From Vicugna vicugna (taxonomy: Eukaryota): a DNA stretch of 64,000 nucleotides. This document shows, piece by piece, positions 47,860-60,663 of the stretch. The position numbers and the translations under genes were made by a program. The notes under the pieces are model-generated. The model was not told where the DNA came from and made no database searches. It was given only the letters and a program-made list of their open reading frames with translations. Location of the stretch: positions 672,060-736,059 of the forward strand of contig MU058793.1 of NCBI GenBank assembly GCA_013265495.1, read 5' to 3'. Position 1 is the stretch's first letter, and every line of letters starts with the position of its first letter.

Positions 47860-47995
47860 CCTCTGTATTATGGATGAAGGAACTGAGTTCCGAAAAGGTT
47901 AACTGACTTGTTCAAGTCACCCACCATGGCAAGTCCATGGCAAGTCTGAGACTCAAACTCAGCCCAGCTTTCCTTACTCTGAACCTTATGCTTTA
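47860..47995 (-). mobile_element. MIR SINE
   Basis: gatgaaggaactgagttccgaaaaggttaactgacttgttcaagtcac. Confidence 0.75.
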
Positions 47996-48706
47996 AACAA
48001 AGCTTTCAGATTGCAAGTTGTCAGACCAACACAGATCTCTGAGACCACAGTGGATGCGCTGAAATGGACTCACTGTTGAATTCTGAGAATCTGTAGGTGT
48101 GTTAAGGTAGGTCAGACCCTAAATGGCTGTTTTAATGAATGCAACGTTATAATTCACGCAGAGTCACTGTTGTACCTAGCAAATTCATAATTAGAGGTAA
48201 TTTTGCACCTGCTGTCACGAGAAGATGGCATTTCCTTTAATTTAGCTTGATGCCTTGATTATACTGTGGGAACGGCAGGAGACAAGGCAATCTCTCACTT
48301 GACTCCTGGAGAAAACACAAAGCCTCTGGTTTGTGGTTATCATTAATAAAGCCAGTTAACATCCTCAGAATCATCAGCTGCTGCTTCTCGCCATACTGGT
48401 GCAGAATCTTCCCAGAGACGGGAGCACTCGTCCCCATCCAACCTGCTGCAGAAAACGTGAAAGGCTACTGGGCTCTTTTTAGGGTGAACCGTCCCAAGAA
48501 TTCCATTCAAACGAACTTGGATCATTATCACTGAAGCAGCTGTGAATCTCAGGTCACTAAATCAGGCTCATGAGAAACATAATGTTATCTTTCTATAACT
48601 GAATTTACTTTCTAGTTCAAGACTTCAGGAGTTTGGGATACCCTCCTTCTTTTCCTGTGGGCTGCTTTAAATTTGGGGAATTTCTCTGGAGCCAAGTTAT
48701 TAAGGA

Positions 48707-49270
48707 TGTGATGGTTAATTTCATACATCAACTTGACTGGGCTAAGGGATGTCCAGATAGTTGGTAAAACATTATTTCTGGATGTGTCTGTGAGGGTGTT
48801 TCCAGAAGAGATTAGCATTTGAATTGGTGAACTGAGTAAAGCAGATGGCCCTCCCCAGTGGGGGTGGGCATCAGCCCATCCATTCAGGACCTGAATAGAA
48901 CAAAAGGCGGGGGACAGGCAATTTGCTCTCTCTCTGCTTGAGCTGAGACATCCACCTTCTTCTGCCCTTGGACATCAGCCCTCCTGGTTCTCAGACTTTT
49001 AGACTCAGATCAGGACTTACACTATCAATTCTCAACCCTTCAGACTCAGACTGAATTACACCACCAGCCTTCCTGGTTCTCCATCTTGCAGATGGCAGAT
49101 CATGGGACTTCTAGACCTCCAAAACCACGTGAGCCAATTCCTATATTAAATCTCTTCTATCTGTCTATCTGTCTGTCTATCTATCTGTCTGTCTGTCCGT
49201 CCATCCATCCATCCATCCATCCATCCATCCCCTATGGCTTCTGTTTCTCTGGAAGACACTGGCAAATACA
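48707..49270 (+). mobile_element. MLT2-family ERVL solo LTR
   Basis: TG...CA termini: tgtgatggttaatttcatacatcaacttgactgggct...ctgtttctctggaagacactggcaaataca; internal (TCTG/TCTA)n(TCCA)n tract near 49157-49229. Confidence 0.92.
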
Positions 49271-50104
49271 AGAAAGAGGTACCTAGACATACTGACATCC
49301 ACTGAGAGGTCTCAATATGGTGCTGATCATCAGTCCCCAGAGGTCACTGCTGTGTCCAGTCACAAGGTTCACCTGGCCCAGCACTCTCTTAATGGCTCTT
49401 GGACACCCAGTCTTCTCTCTGCCATTCTGCGCCAGCCAGAGGAGAAGGAGGGGCTAGGTGAAGTCTGTCCTCTAGACCGACCGCAAAGCCACTGCGTCTG
49501 CTCCAGTGTCATGCTGAGAGATTATGGAGAGCTATGGAGTCCTGCCAGCTGAAGATTCAAATATAGGTTTAGCTGAGGCCAAGTCACTCCTTAAGCAACA
49601 CATTACTGAACCTCTCATTTTCCTGTTCCATATTGATCAGTAGAGGGAATGCCCCGGTTCTGACTAACTAACCATGTGACACTTGAAACCAACTGGGCAT
49701 TCTAGGGAGGACACAGGAAGGACAGGATGCAGAGCCAGAGGAAGACACAAGTATGATCTGGGGCAAGTCCCTTAACCAGTCTGACTGTCCTTCTCCAGTC
49801 CTGACATGCTTCTCAGTGGTTGGGGAATATTCCACTGTGTGCAGGCACCACCCTTCATTGCTTTAATCCCTTGCTGATGAAAAATAAGGTTATTTACACT
49901 TTTTCCCCCCCTACTTTATACAAAGCTGCAGTGGACAGTCTTTAGAAAGTCTCTGCTCAGGCTGTTGCTGTCTGACCCCCAGGGATTGGGACGGAGTGTG
50001 AGGTCACAGAACTAAAGAGCTGGAACCACTCATGACTCTAGCCCCCACCCCTACGGCTCATCCCCTCTCAGCTGCCTCTTTTAGAGGAGGGCTCCCTCAA
50101 AACA

Positions 50105-50375
50105 CAGTAGTGAAGAGCACTCACTTAACAGCTAGAAGACGTGGTTCATGTCACAATTGTGCTGCTTACTGATTGTGTGGCCTTGGCCTTGAGCAAGTTT
50201 CTTGACCTCTCCTAGACTCAGATTCCTCCACTATAAAATAAAAATAATGCCTTTTTCACGAGGGGTTGCAAAGCTTAAAAGAGATATGATAAGTAAAGTG
50301 TATTTAAAGTGTTTCGACTGTTTTGCTATTGGCAAACACTCAAAAATGGCCCACTGTTATTGTTACTGTTATTGT
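50105..50375 (+). mobile_element. MIR SINE
   Basis: tgtgtggccttgg...gcaagtttcttgacctctc...ctcagattcctccactataaaat. Confidence 0.85.
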
Positions 50376-51857
50376 TATTTTGACTTGATTAGTGGATAAA
50401 AGAGGAAGAGCAGGAAAGGAGAGAAGGACAGCAAACTACTTAGAATTTATCATTCACGGGCACATCAGAAGGCAGCGTGCACCTGCTCAAAAGGAGCCGC
50501 CCAGTAAGATGAATGGTCCCTGAAGAATGGATGAACTTCACCTCCCCAGCCCGATCTCCACTTCCTGACACATCCCACCTCCAGGAAAAAGCGAGTCCAC
50601 CCGGGGTGACTCAGGAAGATTCTGACATGCTCTGAAAAGGCTAATCACGACTCAGGTATGTTAAATTCATAGTAACTTGCTAGTGTAGACACATCAAGTC
50701 AATATGAAGTCCCAATGATATGTAATTGTCTATACGCTATTTTAGTAATTGTGAGATTTTGTTAGACATGAAAAAAAACTCAAGATGACTTGAAGCCAAA
50801 CTACATTTCAAAGGGGTGTATGTTGTTTGGGGTTTGGGGTTTGCTTTTTTTAAGTTCAAACAGTAATGGGGGATGCAAAATTATGGGAAACATAATCATC
50901 GGGCATAAATTTTTTTTTTGGTAGGTTTTTGTTTATCTTTTAAAAGATTGTCTGGTGTTTATTTTATTTGCCTCTCATGAGATTCAAACTACAATTGAAA
51001 CTGGTATTAAAAAGACAATCATTACCCCAAGCCCAGAGGATGGAAGACTCAGCGTGCGGCATATGAGCCACTTGATTTCAAGTGGTGTTAAGAGGGTTTT
51101 TAATTACTCATCTTTGGACTCAGGTATCACCTTCCCTGACAAAACAGCAAGAGAGGAACCACTTTCTAAATGGATTAGATCACTTTCCCCCTCCACCAGC
51201 CCCAGGACCGGGAGCCATTCTGCCACACAAGAGAAGCTATTTTAAACCAGCTCATTAGAGAGGCCAGGGAGAGGTGCTATTTAGAGTTCCCTGGGATCTC
51301 AGCTGGAGTACATGAATGCTTAGGCAGTTCTTCAGGGGTTTTAGAATCACTTTCCTTGCCTATGAATAGGGCATATTAATATTACTTGACCCATAGGATT
51401 TTTACGAGAATTAAAAAAATTTTAAGGATATAAGGGTCTTGGTACAGTGCTTGTCCTCCAATAAATGTTGGTGGGGAGCAGTTGTAATCAGTGTTACAGT
51501 GTGGTCCTTCTCTCCTCCATCTACCAAACCAACGTCATACAACGTCGTTCTTGTCTTGTCCTAAATCATCTTTCCATCACACTCAGCTTGATTGCTGGCC
51601 ATGGAGGAGGACCCCCCATTCACACAAGCCCTGATTACTCTGCTTTTCAGCTCTACCACCTCTTACCCAACGTCAAACCCACAGTGCAAACTTCTAACTC
51701 TTGCCCAACCTTCAAACGCCTACACCTGGAACACAAAAGGCAGCAGCAGCCAAAGAGGTGATGCATCCCAGAAATCCTGAAAGAGGCAAGTTCAAGGTAA
51801 GCCAGAGGGCATGGGCTCAGTCTTACAGAGGGAGAAGGGATGGTAAGACCAGAGGTG

Positions 51858-52015
51858 GGACCTGCTTCGTGGGCATGCGACCTCCGCAGATGCACAGGAC
51901 CCCACGCTTAAGAGGACCCTCTACTTGCTTAATGCTCTGCTGTAAAAATTATTAATTTTTATGACCCCACATTTTTACTTTGCACTGGGCCCCACAAATT
52001 AGATAGCTGGTCCTG
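51858..52015. mobile_element. MER45A-like hAT-Tip100 MITE
   Basis: gcttcgtgggcatgcgacct...tttgcactgggccccacaaattagatagctggtcctg. Confidence 0.8.
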
Positions 52016-52283
52016 CAAAGAGGAAAGGAGGGGCAGAATTGAAGGTTGAGCTGGTTCCCTACACTGGTTCTACTACTTTCCAGAAACGTAAACTTGCATA
52101 AATTCACCATTTATTCTACACATATTTTACTGATTGCTTCCTATATGGCAGCCTCCATTGCTCATTTATAAAGTGGGCAGGATGATAATATTTACCTCAG
52201 GTTGGTTTGGGAAACAAAAGTATGCCTTAAGGCATAGCACTGTAGTGGCACATGGTAAGTGCCTGATAAATACTGATTACTTG

Positions 52284-52318
<35 letters not shown>

Positions 52319-52330
52319 ATTATTATTATT
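52284..52330. repeat. (TAT)n microsatellite at a MIR tail
   Basis: Direct reading; follows gcacatggtaagtgcctgataaata. Confidence 0.9.
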
Positions 52331-53279
52331 AAGAAAATAAGCCTAGGGATTGAGCTGCTGGCAGATTCAGAATAAATGACTCCCCTGAATTTTAAATCAG
52401 TGTATATATTTTGAGGCTCCTGAAAGATGCAAAACAAAACAAAGAAGGATGTGATGGATACAGACACAGAGAATGAATGAATCCTTTTCTCCTGAGGGTC
52501 ACAGGTTTTTTGCAGGGAGGAGAGGGAATCACTTACTCACACTGAGATGCTTCAAGTTAGAATGTGGTAAAACTGTGACCGAGGTACCAAAGGGTTTAAG
52601 GATGAGAGGATAAGGAAGGAGAAACAGGTTTGCCTTCGGAGTAGCTAAGAGCTCTTGGGTTTTGAGCAGGCTCTAGAAAGAATGGGTTGGCCTCTGAAAG
52701 TAGAAAAGGCACAGAGGGCAGCTCTGTGGAGGGAACAGCATGCACAAAGCCCCAGAGACGGGAGACTGAAAACAGCGCTCAGGAAAGGGCAAAGGAACTA
52801 CCCAGAATGGGCATCAATCTCCCACGAGATGTTGGCATGCTTGAGAAATGGCTTTTTTCCTTTATCTTCTTTAAATCAACTTAAATTTGACTCCAAGTCC
52901 CCAACTCACCAGGCCGACAGGAATGACATCTCAGTCATTACTGGGGCTCTCTATTCAGCCACCTTGGAGTGTTCGTTCCAAGCCCTGCCGGTTTCCACAG
53001 CACTTCCGGCCATGGGGCCTTGGCCGACACCAGTTCCTGCTGAGATACCCTTGCCCGTCAGGCCTCCAAGGCGCCTGTCGTGGGGCGGGCTCTAAGAAAT
53101 GCATGACCCAGGGAGAAGGGAGTCACAGCGACTCTAGGAAAAGCTAAGTTTGTCTACTCATCTTTCAAGTGGCCAACGATGTTCGGTCAATCCCGATTTC
53201 AACTTAATAAAAATATCGAGGAGGCTTACAGTGTTGCTAAAGCTGACTAGCTGCCTAAAAGGCCATAAAGCACCATTAA

Positions 53280-53480
53280 TAGGCTTGTTCAGGTCCCAGT
53301 ATCACTTCTTAGCAACCTGTGTTACTTAGTATTTCTAAGCCTTGGGTTTCTTATCTGAAAAATGGGACTATAAATTATATTACCTTAGGGTTGCTATTAA
53401 GATCCCATGAGATGAAACAGGCAAAGGACAAACTGCCTGACATAAATAAGTGTGCCATAAAGGGAAGCTGCTATTGTCAT
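53280..53480 (+). mobile_element. MIR SINE
   Basis: ctaagccttgggtttcttatctgaaaaatggg...tgcctgacataaataagtg. Confidence 0.75.
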
Positions 53481-53549
53481 CTTCCCATCCTGCATTCAGG
53501 ATCAACACACCCTGACTAATTGCAGCCCCTTAAAGAGAGTACGTCTCCT

Positions 53550-54605
53550 TGACTAGGATAAAAAGCTCTGAAGCTAAATTACCTAGACCCAAAATCTCAG
53601 TTCAGGTACTTGGTAGCTGTGTGACCTTGGGCAGCTTAACTCCTGTATCCTCTCTGGGCCTCAGTTTCCTTCTCTGTACATTGATGTTCACACCAGTACC
53701 TACTTCAAAGACTAGGTCACCAATTTCCAATGTGAGGGGAGGAAGGAGGTCCTCCACTACCACTAAGCAACTCTCCAACACCAGCTGGGTGTCCTAAAAT
53801 TTGACTCAATTCTGACCCTGTCTACCTGGAGGCAGCATCAGATTCCACAGGTGAAGGGCTCAGCCCCACAAGACCACCCTCCACTTAAGAGGCCACTCCC
53901 AAGCCCAGTTTGTTACCTGTGCTTCTGACCAACCGCCTATAAGTCAGAGGTTCCCACAACCGCTTTCTTGGGTTTAAGCAACTTGCTAGAGTAGTTCACA
54001 GTACTCAGGAAGACTGCTAACTTAATAGATGACCGGTTTATTATGAAGGATATTAAAGGATAAGAATCGACAACCAGATGAAGAGATACATAGGGTGAGG
54101 GCCTGGACAAAAGAGCTTCTGTCCTTGTGGATCTGGGGGCCCAACACAGTGACACTTGGAAGTGTTCTGGATCTCCAACTTGGAAGCTCTCTGAGCCTTA
54201 TCCTTTTGAGTTTTTATGGAGGCTTCATTATCTAGGCGTGCTTATTAAATCATTGGCCATTGGTAATTACGCTCAATCTTCTGCCCCTCTCCCCTCCAAG
54301 TCGGGTGGGGGGAGGTGGAGACTGAAAATTCCAACCCTCCCATCACAGGGTTGGCGCCACTGGCTACCAGCCCCCCTCCTTAGGTGTGAGCCAAAGTCAC
54401 CATGTTAATATAACCAAAAACATCTTTATCACTCTAATCGCTTAGGGAATTTCAAGAATTTTAGAAGCTCTGTGCCAGAAACAAGGACTAAGACCAAATA
54501 CATATAGGTTATTATAAATCACTACCTCATGGGGCTGTAGGGAGGATTGAATGAGTCATTTCATGAAAAGCACCTAGAACAGTATTGAGTAAGTGGTGGT
54601 TATTT
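53550..54605 (+). mobile_element. MIR split by MER21 (53550-53710 and 54520-54605)
   Basis: tagctgtgtgaccttgggcagc...ctctgggcctcagtttcct; resumes acctcatggggctgtagggaggattgaatgag. Confidence 0.8.
53712..54520 (-). mobile_element. MER21(B/C)-like ERV LTR
   Basis: caccagctgggtgtcctaaaatttgactcaattctgac...tcagattccacaggtgaagggctcagccccacaagac...gctctgtgccagaaacaaggactaagaccaaatacatat. Confidence 0.9.
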
Positions 54606-54888
54606 TTCCTTTAGTTTATTGTCCCAAGCACACGTGCATTCATTCAGTTCTCAGAACCCATGCCCATGAGAAGAGCGGAACCCGATTTACTGATGAGGTA
54701 TAGAGCATCTTCCCTCCTCTGAGAGTTCACATTTCTTCTTCCAAACTTGCATCAAGGAGGAAATCAAAGCCCCCCTATACAGTCACCCAGAGAAAGGCAC
54801 TGTTAACTGTTGGTATGTATTCTTCTAGATGTTTTTAAAATGTAAGTATATGTAAATGGAATCCTCCTACACAACCTGCTCTATTTTA

Positions 54889-55035
54889 TTTATTATTTTT
54901 TTGTTTGTATTCATTTATTTGGGGGGGGATAATTAGGTTTATTTCTTTATTTTTAATGGAGGTACTGTGGATTGAATCCAGAACCTTACGCATGCTAAGC
55001 ACACACTCTACCACTGAGCTATACCCTCCCTCCCG
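54889..55035 (-). mobile_element. tRNA-derived camelid SINE (Vic-1-like) inside an L1ME fragment
   Basis: Reverse of gggagggtatagctcagtggtagag...cttagcatgc...tggattcaatcc (pol III A/B boxes); perfect 17-bp TSD caacctgctctatttta at 54872-54888 and 55036-55052. Confidence 0.92.
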
Positions 55036-55434
55036 CAACCTGCTCTATTTTAATTTAACAATATATTGTAGACATCTTTCACATCAGTATCATTGGCTCC
55101 ACCTCACCCTTTTCAATGGTTTGTTCTATTCCATGGCATCCGTGTACCATACTCTGTTGAACCAATCTTCTACACACAGATATGCAGACAGTTCCCATTT
55201 TTTCATGATCCTGCATTTACCATCATTTTAAATACATCCACACAAGTTTATCTGATATTTAGGATAAATTTCTAAATGTGTCCTATCTGGGTCAAGGGGT
55301 ACAAAAATTTTAAATTTGGGTACATACTGCCCATATACCCACTTGCCAAATACTTTTTACTGTATTTTATCTCTTTTATTCACCCTTTCTTGTAGCTCTG
55401 ATCACATTTTACCTTGGGTTCTATTTCATTTCTA

Positions 55435-56375
55435 TCCATATTAATTTGCTAGGACTACAATAACAAGGTACCGCAGACCAGGTGGCTCAAACAACAGAAA
55501 TTTATTTCCTCACAGTTCTGGAGGCTAGAAGTCGAAGATGAAGGTATTGGCAAGTTAGTCTCTTCTAAGGCCTTTCTTCCTGGCTCAGAAACAGCTGTCT
55601 TCTCCCTGTGTCTTCACATGGTCTTCCTTCTGTACCTGTCTGTGTCCTAATTCCCTCTTCCTATGAGGACACCCATCATATTGAAAGCAGCTCTTTTGCC
55701 CTTTCCTGTTTGCCCATTTATGTCCTCTTCTAACCTTAAAATAATCTAATTATAAGAATGAGTTCACTAAATAATTGAAACTAACTCCTGACATGCTCCC
55801 CTGAGTGTATGCCATGCCTTTCCTAACTTGTTGATTCTTTTCCTACATAAGGAAAAGAATAAAGACTTAAGAAGTTAAAGAATGATGAGCTCCCTACTCT
55901 CAACAGCCCCCATAGCAATCCTGCAGGCAGATCACATGGCCAAGAGAACATCCGAAGAAAGTCAGCCAGCCTGCACGCAATGGAGAAGGAGGCAGAAACC
56001 AACCTCCTGCCTCGATGATTCATTCAGATTCTTCCCCCCAGTTTTCCCTTTAAAAACTGTCATGACTGAGCAGAATTTTTGGAGTTGGTCTCCGGACACG
56101 AGTCTATCATCTCCCCAGGTGACCAGCTTTTCTGATTAAAGCACCTTCCCTTTCTCCTGACACTTGCCACTCCAATTATTGGCTTTTGAGCAATGGAGCA
56201 GCCGAACCTGAGTTGGGTAACAATATTGTATTAGATCCCATCATCATTTCCTCTTTTTAACTTAATTACCTCTTTAAAAACTCTGTCTCCAAATACAATC
56301 ACATTCTGAGGTACCAGGGGTCAGGACTTCAACATATAAAGGGGGGAGGAGGGCAATGCAACTCAGCCTGTAACA
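55435..56375 (-). mobile_element. MLT1A/B-like MaLR LTR split by an ERV LTR
   Basis: aacaacagaaatttatttcctcacagttctggaggctagaagtc...gtcttcacatggtc; resumes tcacattctgaggtaccaggggtcaggacttcaacata...cagcctgtaaca. Confidence 0.9.
55682..56222 (+). mobile_element. 541-bp solo LTR, ERV1-type
   Basis: TG...CA termini (tgaaag...gtaaca); 4-bp TSD atat at 55678-55681 and 56223-56226; tttaaaa TATA-like box near 56049; ATTAAA at 56135-56140. Confidence 0.8.
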
Positions 56376-57837
56376 TTATCTGTAACCTCGTGATTTCTCT
56401 TTATATTTCTGGAATGCCTAGTATAAAAAAATAATTCAAAGAGTTATTAAGGTTCTCAAATGAGAAATCCATGTGAATGCATTTAGTAGAGAGTAAAGTA
56501 TGTTTAAAGGCTCAGGGCAGCTATTACCCTGCCTCTTCTTGCCTCTGCTTCTCCCATCACCACATTCATGCACCCACTACCCCTCTTGGCCTCCTCAGAG
56601 TTTACTTTCCCCAAGAAGAGGTCTGTCTCCTGTGCAAACAGTTTCCAAAGGCAATTAGGACTCACCCTCCCCTCCCAGGGCTTGTGACACTCTATGCATT
56701 CCATGCTTCTAGGAACATTAACCATGACTTGGTGACACTATCCCCAAAGAGACCAATTGGCTTTGGGATAGCGGACAATGACTTCATTGGGAAGGCCATT
56801 AATCATAATTATGAAATAATGAAATGGCTGTCAATTTGCCCATGCCTAATAACACCTAGTTAATAAGAGGGTCTTTTTATTTCTCGCAGTGGAAATGGAT
56901 GGCAGAGGATACTGTTTCTGGGAGAAAATTACACGTCTTGGATGGCTGAAATGCCTTGGCCAGTGGAAGTCACTCAACTCTTGGCTGGGTGCCTTAGCAA
57001 CACTCTATGAGCCGTGCAATAACCTCTCCGAAATGCACTGCTGCTCCTGTCTTACTACTTAATTAATCCACTTCTAATTGATATGGCTATGCATTACCAT
57101 GGCTGCTTCCCTGCCGTGAGAGCCTGTAAAAACAGATTTGGCTCTTTACGCTGGGCTCTCGAAACAATGTCAAGAACATGAACTTCTAACTGACATCATA
57201 CTTTGTCAAGAAATGGGAATACATGACATTGGCCAAATATGATCCTGACATCTCATAAAAAATGTCCAGGTCCACTGAAAGCACTACCATATTTCAAAGG
57301 ATTTATATTGCAGGGAGGCAGGGGAGAGGGGAGTTGGAAGAGGATAGGAACTGATGGGTGAGTGGGGGCTGATACTGCCTTTGGTACCCTCCCCTAGTGG
57401 ACACCCTTCCTATCCTTCCTCCTAATCACATCATTCCAGTCACCAAGAAGTCCCTATCAGGTACCTAAGTGAGCAGTAGTCTGCGAGAAGCACTGTCCTG
57501 AAAGAGAAGTCATTTCCAGATCAGTCAATTCTAGATGTTTGTGAGATGGGCAAATGCAGAGAGTTCAAACCTCGGCTCCATCACTCCCTAGCTGGATGCC
57601 TTTGGACAAGTTACCTAAGCTCTCTATCTAACCCAATTCTCTCAAATATATTTTTTAAAAAATTAATCACATATAACAGTATGTTAGGCTAGGGCTGCTG
57701 AGAACAAAGTCTTTGCAAATTATATACAATCAAAATCATCTTCAGAAAATCCTTTAAACCCCTGTTGTCTCTCTAAATCCACCCCTGTAATCTTCAGGTA
57801 CTTTCAACTTTGAGACCTCCAAAAGGGAGGTCTAGAT

Positions 57838-58058
57838 CAATGGTTGACAAACTATGGACCATGGACCAAATCCAGCCCACCTCCTGTTTTTATAAATAAA
57901 GTTTTATTGAAACACAAACATGCTCATTCATTTACATATTTTCTGTGGTTGGTTTCACCCAACAGCAGAATTGAGTGATCGCAACAGAAGCCATATGGCT
58001 CACAAGGCCTAAAATAAGTACTATCTGGCCCTTTACAGAAGAAATCTGCTGACTCCTG
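57838..58058. mobile_element. MER58A-like hAT-Charlie MITE
   Basis: caatggttgacaaactatgg...tgctgactcctg; TSD gtctagat (57830-57837) / gtctaggt (58059-58066). Confidence 0.9.
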
Positions 58059-58939
58059 GTCTAGGTGCTGATTCTACCCCCTCTGCCTTCAAGATGACTG
58101 TCAAATTCCTCCCAGTGAACGGCGAGAGATGGAGAATTCTCAAGCACACCACTTGCCTGTAGGGTAGTCTCCATTCAGCTATAATATTAAGCCTCTACAG
58201 CCTTAATTTGGGTTAATGGAGTTGTTCATTGCCAAGAGAATTAAAAAGAAGTCCTCATGTACATCTTGCACTGAAGTCATGTTCTAAACTCAGCTATAAC
58301 TGCACTCGGTATTTAATTTCCCTAAACACAGCACTTCTCTTTCCCAAATGGGAATTCAAGTGAGGGGTGAAGGGTGTCAGCACAGAAGCAGGGCCATTGA
58401 AGAGAGTCATAGGGTTAGGCTCTGTTCCCCTGGGAGGTGGCAGGGTGGGAGACTGAAGAACCCTCTATGACGAGACAAACCAGGGCTTCTTGGCTACTGG
58501 ATTCACAGGAGCCTTTGGCAAACTGGCTTTGCCCTCCAGGTCCATATTTCACTGTCAGTTTCCAATTTCGTTTCCAACACTTTGCCTGCCTTCTGCCCCG
58601 AGAGCCTTCTCAAAACCCTAGTGGCTTCTAGCTCCTTCCTTGCCACCAGAGCAGCTCGGAGACAATTCACAGGGGATATCAATCACCCTGATTAGGGATG
58701 GCCTCCCCTTTTGTAAACTCAAGTTGATGGCCTCAAACCTGTCGAGATGTTTCTAGTACCTAAATGAGGCTGGAAGACAGTGTGAGGAGAGGGTGCCCTG
58801 TGTAAGAATTGGGAGTTCCTTCAGTTCCGGCCTGCTGGTGGCAGCTACGGCTTCTGGGAGGAAGTGGTTTTCAAAAATTTCCTCATTGCTGTGGCCTCTT
58901 TTTTTCCCCCAGCTCGAGGTATGACTGGCAAAAACTATA

Positions 58940-59185
58940 CACATTTTACAAGGTGATTTTTTTAAGATGTACAATGTGATGGTTTAATATATGTATACAC
59001 TGTGAAATGATGACCACAATCAAGTTCATTAACCCATCCATCACCTCCCATAGTTCTCTTCTGGGGGCTGTGTGTGGTGAGAACACTTAGATCTACTCTC
59101 TTATCCAATTTCAGATATACAGTACAGTATTATTAATCTAATCACCATGCTGTACATTAGATCCCCAGAACTTACTCATCTTGCA
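58940..59185 (-). mobile_element. L1MA-type 3' terminal fragment
   Basis: atacactgtgaaatgatgaccacaatcaag...catgctgtacattagatccccagaacttactcatct. Confidence 0.85.
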
Positions 59186-59442
59186 CCTCTTTTCTGGTCT
59201 GCATTCATAAGGCTGCCCCTTTAGATTTGGGAGGGGAAAAAAAGACACAATTTATGCAGTGCTTTTTTCCTGTATGTCCTATCTCCCCAGGAAGATATTA
59301 CACACTAGTGGCCAGAAATCTGGGCTCTTGACTCAAATTCCCAAGACACGAATCCTGTGTGCCTCTTAGTAGACAGTGACTTTGCCAGAATCTGAACTTC
59401 TTTATACCTCAGTTAAATCATCCACAAATGGGGGACTGCGGT

Positions 59443-59625
59443 CAGGGCCAGCTCCATGGACCAGTGAGTGACATCTGCAGTGGCACAGAACCTCCCAACT
59501 GCAGGTTGCAGGGCCTCACCCTGGGTTTAGTACTCTGCAGTCACCATCTTGAAATTCTTAGTAATTTTTGAACAAAGAGCCTTGCATTTTTTATTTTGCA
59601 CTGGGTCCCACAAGTGTCGTGCTGA
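59443..59625. mobile_element. MER45A-like element inserted in a MIR (about 59320-59440 and 59630-59720)
   Basis: cagggccagctccatgg...tcttgaaattcttagtaatttttgaacaa...ttttgcactgggtcccacaa. Confidence 0.8.
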
Positions 59626-60663
59626 AGTGGGTACCTCCCTCAGGGATAACTGGGATCAGTCCATGGGAAGTTTTTGGTACAGTAGCTGGCACACAGTAAG
59701 CTCTCAAAAAATAAGCTATTATTACCAACACTGCTTATCTGATCTCACAACAGCCTCATGAGGCAAACTGAACAGAGTGTATGCTTTAGCCAACAGTAAG
59801 ATTATATTTTACAAATGAAGACACAGAGGCAAAGTACCCTCTCAAGATTATCTAACTCAGCTTCTTTCAACAGATGTTCATTCACTCATTCATTCAGAAA
59901 ATGTGCCCATAGGTTTGGGAAGACTGGTGAGCAAGACAAGCCAGTATCTTCCCTCAAGCAGCTGACCATCCTGCACCTGCTCTTCAAAGCCAAGAGCTGG
60001 TGCCCAAGGGGATCAAGTTCTGAAAAACCTAGGCTGCTATACTCTAAGATGAGCAGAGTCAGCTCATGTGCACCTGCCTCCCAGCACTACAAGCACCTAT
60101 GATCATGTCCCAAGGCCTTTGGGGAATTTTCCAGTCCTGGCCTTGGAGACATGTCCACTGTCCCATGTCTGGCCCCAGCATTAATCTCCAACATCACCTG
60201 TCATTCCCAGGCCGCTCTTCTGGAAGGACACTCCAGGGGATGGTCTACTGATCCTCAGTTGTAGGTTCCTTGGGGAGGAAGCTGATGCACAAACACAGCT
60301 CTGCTCAGCCAAGTGCTGTGGGCTCTTGCTTATCTAGAACCTAACTGGCTACCTGTCAGTCACAGCAGAGCCAGAGCAAGAACTGGGGTCTCACCCTTTA
60401 GTCCACCTGGTCCCCATGATGAATCAGGCATGGGAAATGTTTTCAGAACCCATAAGTAGTTAATTATCCAAGAACAAGAACTTATAACCTTGTTTCTGCC
60501 TCACCCACCCCGATCACAGGGCCTTCCCATCTGCCTATGAAATAAGATGAGCTGTTAAACCAGTGTTTCCCAAACTCAGAGTCATTCAGGGTATTTTCCA
60601 TGTCCTTGTATATCTATCTTACAAAATACATAATGTGATATTTTTCTTCAAGTTGCCTTTTTT

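Noticed and set aside
52655..53095. 146-aa ORF
   Set aside because: Non-ATG start, no recognisable homology or exon boundaries; its length is explained by local GC richness
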